A DNA stretch of 64,000 nucleotides from Acidobacteriota bacterium (GTDB lineage Bacteria > Acidobacteriota > Thermoanaerobaculia > Multivoradales > Multivoraceae), in the NCBI GenBank assembly GCA_021296535.1, contig JAGWAG010000001.1, positions 94,528 through 158,527 on the forward strand, in the 5' to 3' direction. The translations under genes and the position numbers were made by a program. Position 1 is the stretch's first letter; each line of letters starts with the position of its first letter. The notes beneath the pieces were generated by a model. The model was given only the letters and a program-made list of their open reading frames with translations, ran no database searches and was not told where the DNA came from. This document shows positions 57,828-64,000 of the stretch, in pieces.

Positions 57828-58238
57828 CTATGCTCCGAGCAAAGTAACCAAGTCGCTGTCTCCCACGCGCCGCACGGCGCGCGCATCGGCGGTGAGCCAT
57901 TCGCCGCCGACAAGCGAAGCCAGAGCCACGTACAAAGCGTCGTATCCCGACAGCCTCCACCGGCCGGCAAAGTCGGCCGCCAGAGCCAGAAGTTCGTGTC
58001 CGTTTCCGACCCGCTTCATGCCGAGTGCCTCCACCAGAGCAAGGGCCTCCTTCACCTTCGACGGACTGCTATCCGGCAATCGGCAGAGAACCGCCAACAG
58101 CTCATTCATGAAGAGATCGGGGACGACGTAACTCGAGGGTTCCTCCTGGATCTCTCCGAGAACGCGCTCAGCCTCCTCCACCAGCTTCTCGCCGGCCACG
58201 AACCACTTGATCGCCACCGAGGCGTCAACGACGATCAC
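57828..58238 (-). CDS. vapC: PIN-domain toxin VapC
   Basis: MIVVDASVAIKWFV.. ; acidic PIN residues D5, E.., D..; ATGA overlap with upstream antitoxin. Confidence 0.85.
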   Translation of the reverse strand: MIVVDASVAIKWFVAGEKLVEEAERVLGEIQEEPSSYVVPDLFMNELLAVLCRLPDSSPSKVKEALALVEALGMKRVGNGHELLALAADFAGRWRLSGYDALYVALASLVGGEWLTADARAVRRVGDSDLVTLLGA

Positions 58239-58498
58239 GACCTCAGATCGCGCAGGATGTCGAGCGTCGTGCCCTCGGCCGGCGATTCGAACTTCAGTCC
58301 GCGAAGTCGGGCAACCACTTCACGCCGGCGTTCGTCGGCTTCCCGGTCGACGAAGCGTTCGCGGTAGTCCTTGAGGCTCACCAGGGCCGCCGCCGGCATC
58401 CGGCGTCGGCAGACCAGAATCGGGTCTCCGTGCCGTTCCAGATGATCGAGAACCTGGCCGAGACTCTGACGTAGCTGCAGGGCGTTCACAGTTTTCAT
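58235..58498 (-). CDS. vapB: Phd/YefM-type type II antitoxin (VapB)
   Basis: MKTVNALQLRQSLGQVLDHLERHGDPILVCRRRMPAAALVSLKDYRE.. ; rest of ORF 58235..59149 is junk. Confidence 0.8.
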   Translation of the reverse strand: MKTVNALQLRQSLGQVLDHLERHGDPILVCRRRMPAAALVSLKDYRERFVDREADERRREVVARLRGLKFESPAEGTTLDILRDLRS

Positions 58499-58584
58499 GA
58501 CAGTTTGGAGTATGGAACCTGCACACTTGGGTGTCAAGAAGGAGACAGGCCGGGCACCCCGGGAGACTTCGACCTCCGTGCCCG

Positions 58585-59813
58585 CTACCGCTTCGCCTTC
58601 TTGCCGAACATGATCCCCGCGACGCGGCGGATCTGGATCTCCTCGGAGCCTTCGGTGATCCGGTACCGCCGGTGGTGGCGGTAGATGTGCTCGAAGGGCA
58701 TGTGGCGGGTGTAGCCGATGCCGCCGTGGGTCTGGATGGCCCGGTCGGCGGCGTTGCAGACGAGCCGGTTCGCGCGGTAGTTGCACATGGAGACCTTGTC
58801 GGTGACCTCCATGTGGTGCTGCTGGTCGAGTTCCCAGGCGGTCTTGTAGACGAGGTTGCGGACCATCTCGCATTCGGTCTGGAGTTCGGCGAGGGGGAAC
58901 TGGATCGCCTGGTTGAGCCATAGCGGCTTGCCGAAGACCGTCCGCTCGCGGGCGTACTTGACGCTTTCGTTGATGCAGAACTGGGCGGCGCCGACGCCGG
59001 AGGCGGCCTGGCGAATGCGGTTCTCGTGGACGAAGGTCTGGGCGAGGGCGAGGCCGCGGCCCTCCTCGCCGAGGATCGCTTCGTTCGGCACGCGCACGTC
59101 GGTCAACGACACCTCCGCGTGATCCGTCGGCATGTTGAAGGTCCACCACATGAAGGGGATCTCGAAACCGGGTGAGTCCGTCGGCACGATGAAGCAGGTC
59201 ACGCCGTCCGCCTTTCCCGGATCGCCCGCGGTGCGGGCGAAGATCAGGTCGTGGGTCGCCGCGTGGAGGCCCGAGTTGAACCGCTTGGCGCCGTTGATCA
59301 CCCAGTCGTCGCCATCTCGGACACCGGCGGTCTCGAGCCAGGTCGCGTCGGAGCCGTGATTCGGTTCGGTCAGGCCGAAGCCCATCCGCACCGCGCCGGT
59401 CATCATGCCCTCCATGAACTGCTCCTTCTGGGAGGGCGTCCCGAAGCGGTGCATCATGATCACATCGAGGACTCGTTCTGCAGGTCGTTGTGCAGGCCGA
59501 GGCCCTTGGCGGCCAGGTGTTCGCGGATCACCGCCATTGCCAGGTTCGAGCCGTCCTGGCCGCCGAGATCCTTCGGCAGGCCGAAGCGAAGGTGACCGGC
59601 CGCGTCGGCTCGGCGCTTCATCTCGCGTAGCAGGGCCTCCCACTCGGGGCGCGGCGTGCCGTCGTTCTCAAAGTCGGTCCGCGCCCACTCACGGCGCTGG
59701 TCGAAGAACCGGATGTTGTCGTCCTGCTGCTCCAACGGCTTGATGTCACGCTCGATGAAGTCGTCGAGCTCGGCCAACTTCTCGCGGATGTCCTGGGGGA
59801 TCTCGAAGTCCAT
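58585..59813 (-). pseudogene. acyl-CoA dehydrogenase (ACAD10/11/FadE-like) with a frameshift near 59465
   Basis: N-part in ORF 59460..60104 (MDFEIPQDIREKLAELDDFIERDIKPLE...GLHNDLQNESSM*), C-part in ORF 58585..59643 (..VLDVIMMHRFGTPSQKEQF..GFGLTEPNHGSDATW..), +/-1 frame apart. Confidence 0.75.
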
Positions 59814-59823
59814 GTTTCTCCCG

Positions 59824-60715
59824 TTACCCGGCTTCCAGGTACGCGTCGATGATCTCGCCCAGCCGTTCCGGCGCGTCGAAGTGGACCATGTGGCTGAACG
59901 TTGCGGAACAGGCGGACCCGGCGCTCGATCTCGTCCGGCGCGGCCGGCGTGTCGTGATCGATCCCGCCACGACCGCGGTAGAACTCGGCGGAACGGCCCC
60001 CGGTGACCACGAGCACCGGGCAGACAACCCACGGCCAGCGTTCCTCGGACAGCCTGCTCGACATCGTCAGCCCCGTCGTCTCCACCTGCGGGTCCCACTT
60101 CCACTGCAGGCCGCCGTACGGGTGCTCGGTCGTCCCGATTTCGACCAGGTGCCGCGCCAGGTCGTGATCGAGCCCCGGATGGAACCGGCAGTAGAGCCGC
60201 CAGGCGTCGTCCAGGTCCATCATCGGTCGCTTGTGGCCCCCGGGCCGCAACAGGCTCGTGTGACCGTTCTGGAGACGGAGCTGCCGGTTCTCGACCGGCA
60301 TGTCGCTCTCCCGAAAGGGAGCGCCGACGCCGTCGATGTTGACGACCACGCTTGGCACGTCGTTGAATACCGCCGCGTAGTGGCTGACGATGTGGCCGCC
60401 CAGGCTGTGGCCGACCAGCACCGGGCGCTCCAGTTGGAGCTGGAAGATGACCGCGTGCAGATCGGCGATGAAGTGCGGCAGGGCGTAGACCCCCGGCTTG
60501 CCGCTGTCGCCGTGACCGCGCAGATCGAAGGAAACGACCCGGTACCGGTCGCGGAAGCGGTTCGCTACCGGCTCGAACGCCAGCGCCAGGTCCTGCATGC
60601 CGTGCAGCAAAACGAGAGGCGGCGCACCCTCGTTGCCGTAGTCGTAGACCTGCAGTTCGATGCCGCCTGCTCCGGGAAGGCGGAGACTCCGGGGCTCAGT
60701 CGAGTCTGTCGTCAT
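59824..60715 (-). pseudogene. alpha/beta hydrolase with a frameshift near 59875
   Basis: N-part in ORF 59618..60838 (..PLVLLHGMQDLALAFEPV..VLVGHSLGGHIVSHYAA..), C-terminus ..SHMVHFDAPERLGEIIDAYLEAG in ORF 59824..60027. Confidence 0.7.
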
Positions 60716-60838
60716 GGTGCGCGGGAGGATACGCCAAGCACGACGAAAGACCGGCTCAGCTCGGTTTTCGTTCCGCCAAGTCGACCGGCAACGCGGTTGC
60801 TCTTGCCCGACCCCTACGCTTGTGCCTACAATGGTCAC

Positions 60839-61123
60839 ATGGTGACCGTTGGAGCGAGAGAACTCAAGACGAGGTTGGGGACCTATCTCCGGAGAGTGCG
60901 CGAGGGTTCGGTGATTCTCGTGACCGAACGAGGCCGCCCGGTCGCTGAACTCCGGCCGCTGCCGACCGCCGCGTCGGACGAGGAGGAGAAGCTCCTCGAC
61001 CTCGCGGCCAGGGGACTCGTGACGCTGGGGACCGCGCGCCTTCGGCCGTTCATCGAACCGGTCCCCGTGCGCGGCGGATCGGTCGCGACGACCATCGTCG
61101 AGGAGCGAGACGATCGGTTCTGA
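60839..61123 (+). CDS. type II antitoxin (Phd/YefM- or VapB-like) of second vapBC pair
   Basis: MVTVGARELKTRLGTYLRRVREGSVILVTERGRPVAELRPL.. ; TGATG overlap with downstream PIN gene; C-terminal part of ORF 59849..61123. Confidence 0.75.
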   Translation: MVTVGARELKTRLGTYLRRVREGSVILVTERGRPVAELRPLPTAASDEEEKLLDLAARGLVTLGTARLRPFIEPVPVRGGSVATTIVEERDDRF

Positions 61124-61554
61124 TGCTGTTCCTCGACGCGAGCGCTCTGGTGAAGCGGTACGTCGAGGAAGACGGATCGGACTTCATCATCGAAGTCATG
61201 GCCGGGCAACCCGTAGCCATCAGCCGACTGTCGGCGACCGAGGTGGTCACGGCGATCTGTCGGCGCTGCCGGGAAGGCGACATGCGGGTCGAACAGCGCG
61301 AAGCCGCCCTGCTCTCCCTGGACACCGAGCGCCCGGCCTTCCATGTGGTGGAGTTCACGGAAGAGATCACGACGAGGGCCGCAGCGCTGCTGCGCCGGCA
61401 CCCGCTCCGCGCAAGCGATTCGGTGCAGCTTGCCTCCTGCCTGTTGCTGGCCGATGAGCTGGGAACCCCTGCGCGCCTCGTCGCGTTCGACGAACGCCTC
61501 GTGGACGCCGCCCAGGCAGAGGGTGTCGAGTGCCTGGCCACCAGCGCCTGGTAA
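61123..61554 (+). CDS. vapC: PIN-domain toxin VapC (second copy)
   Basis: MLFLDASALVKRYVEE.. , ..LRASDSVQLASCLLL.. PIN acidic residues. Confidence 0.85.
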   Translation: MLFLDASALVKRYVEEDGSDFIIEVMAGQPVAISRLSATEVVTAICRRCREGDMRVEQREAALLSLDTERPAFHVVEFTEEITTRAAALLRRHPLRASDSVQLASCLLLADELGTPARLVAFDERLVDAAQAEGVECLATSAW

Positions 61555-61630
61555 AGCGCCAAACCGCTCGCAGGCGCGGGAGTAAACTCCAGCGCGCAAC
61601 ACTCACCGACAGCCTGGAGAACCTGACGAG

Positions 61631-63682
<2,052 letters not shown>

Positions 63683-63704
63683 TCGAGGCCGGTTGTCCGC
63701 CTCG

Positions 63705-64000
63705 ATGGGCCTTCTGCGCAGCCTCGTTCGTTCCCGTTCCGGAACGAAGATCCGCGTCCGTGTCCTGATCCGGGGCCGCATCGGCGCCGGCTGGCACGAC
63801 GTCGACCGCACGTTCCGGCTGCCGCAAGGCGCCACACTCGCGGAGTTGCTGCCGGCCGCCGACCGAGCCGGAGTGCCGCTCTCCGAGGCGATCAGGGCCT
63901 CGCCGCACCTGCGCGACACGCTGATGATCAACGGCGAGCGTTGCCCCCTGGATGCGAACCGCGAACGGCCGCTCGAGGACGGTGACGAGATCTACCTGCT
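63705..64000 (+). CDS. MoaD/ThiS-family beta-grasp sulfur-carrier-like protein (3' end beyond window)
   Basis: ..[55 protein letters not shown].. ; expected PPVSGG tail would lie just past nt 64000. Confidence 0.55.
   Translation, partial: MGLLRSLVRSRSGTKIRVRVLIRGRIGAGWHDVDRTFRLPQGATLAELLPAADRAGVPLSEAIRASPHLRDTLMINGERCPLDANRERPLEDGDEIYL

Noticed and set aside
57827-57830. Relaxase remnant continues in the same frame immediately after the vapC stop codon, suggesting a fused or read-through protein
   Set aside because: vapC encodes a complete PIN domain of normal length ending at a TAG. Frame identity is a 1-in-3 coincidence. The relaxase piece lacks its own N-terminus and start.

Overview
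This window is a very high-GC bacterial chromosomal segment. By eye it is roughly two-thirds G+C or more, and off-frame ORFs are Arg/Pro-rich. It probably comes from an uncultivated soil- or sediment-type lineage (Acidobacteriota-, Gemmatimonadota- or Myxococcota-like), but the taxon cannot be fixed from sequence alone. Most of the window is densely packed housekeeping genes.

Gene content in order:
- truB(partial)-rpsO-pnp, larC, radC, an agmatinase-family gene, and a minus-strand thrC / AGCS / DASS transporter array.
- A PEGA-domain Ser/Thr pseudokinase followed by GT2, GT4 and a CPBP protease.
- A long co-directional minus-strand array: rpsA-ihfB-2 small membrane proteins-lpxB-yicC-gmk-rpoZ-coaBC-udg-cysK-like.
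- queG-folA-thyA, contiguous with a glycosyltransferase/acyltransferase locus: GT2, three GT4 (two paralogous, each preceded by a paralogous small TM/coiled-coil protein), and a membrane LPLAT acyltransferase.
- comM/yifB, an M23 peptidase, secA, guaB, an M24 peptidase, trxA, ribF, rimO, a long ACAD, orphan hyuB, an acyl-CoA ligase, and a cluster of secreted hydrolases.
- An accessory-looking 3' tail: a decayed MobA/MobL relaxase remnant, two vapBC pairs, a frameshifted ACAD and a frameshifted alpha/beta hydrolase, and a tungsten-type aldehyde:ferredoxin oxidoreductase followed by a MoaD-like gene (partial at the window end).

No rRNA, tRNA or CRISPR array was recognised.

Notable points:
- At least five in-gene frameshifts: the kinase (two), coaBC, an ACAD and an alpha/beta hydrolase. 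They are either genuine pseudogenes or assembly indels.
- PNPase carries a basic RGG-repeat C-terminal tail and ribosomal protein S1 carries a long acidic Ala/Glu/Asp-repeat tail.
- A 500-nt intergenic region upstream of comM contains palindromes, a 13-bp hairpin and a small ORF with a strong RBS.

No clearly novel multi-gene system was found; the best candidates are listed as findings.
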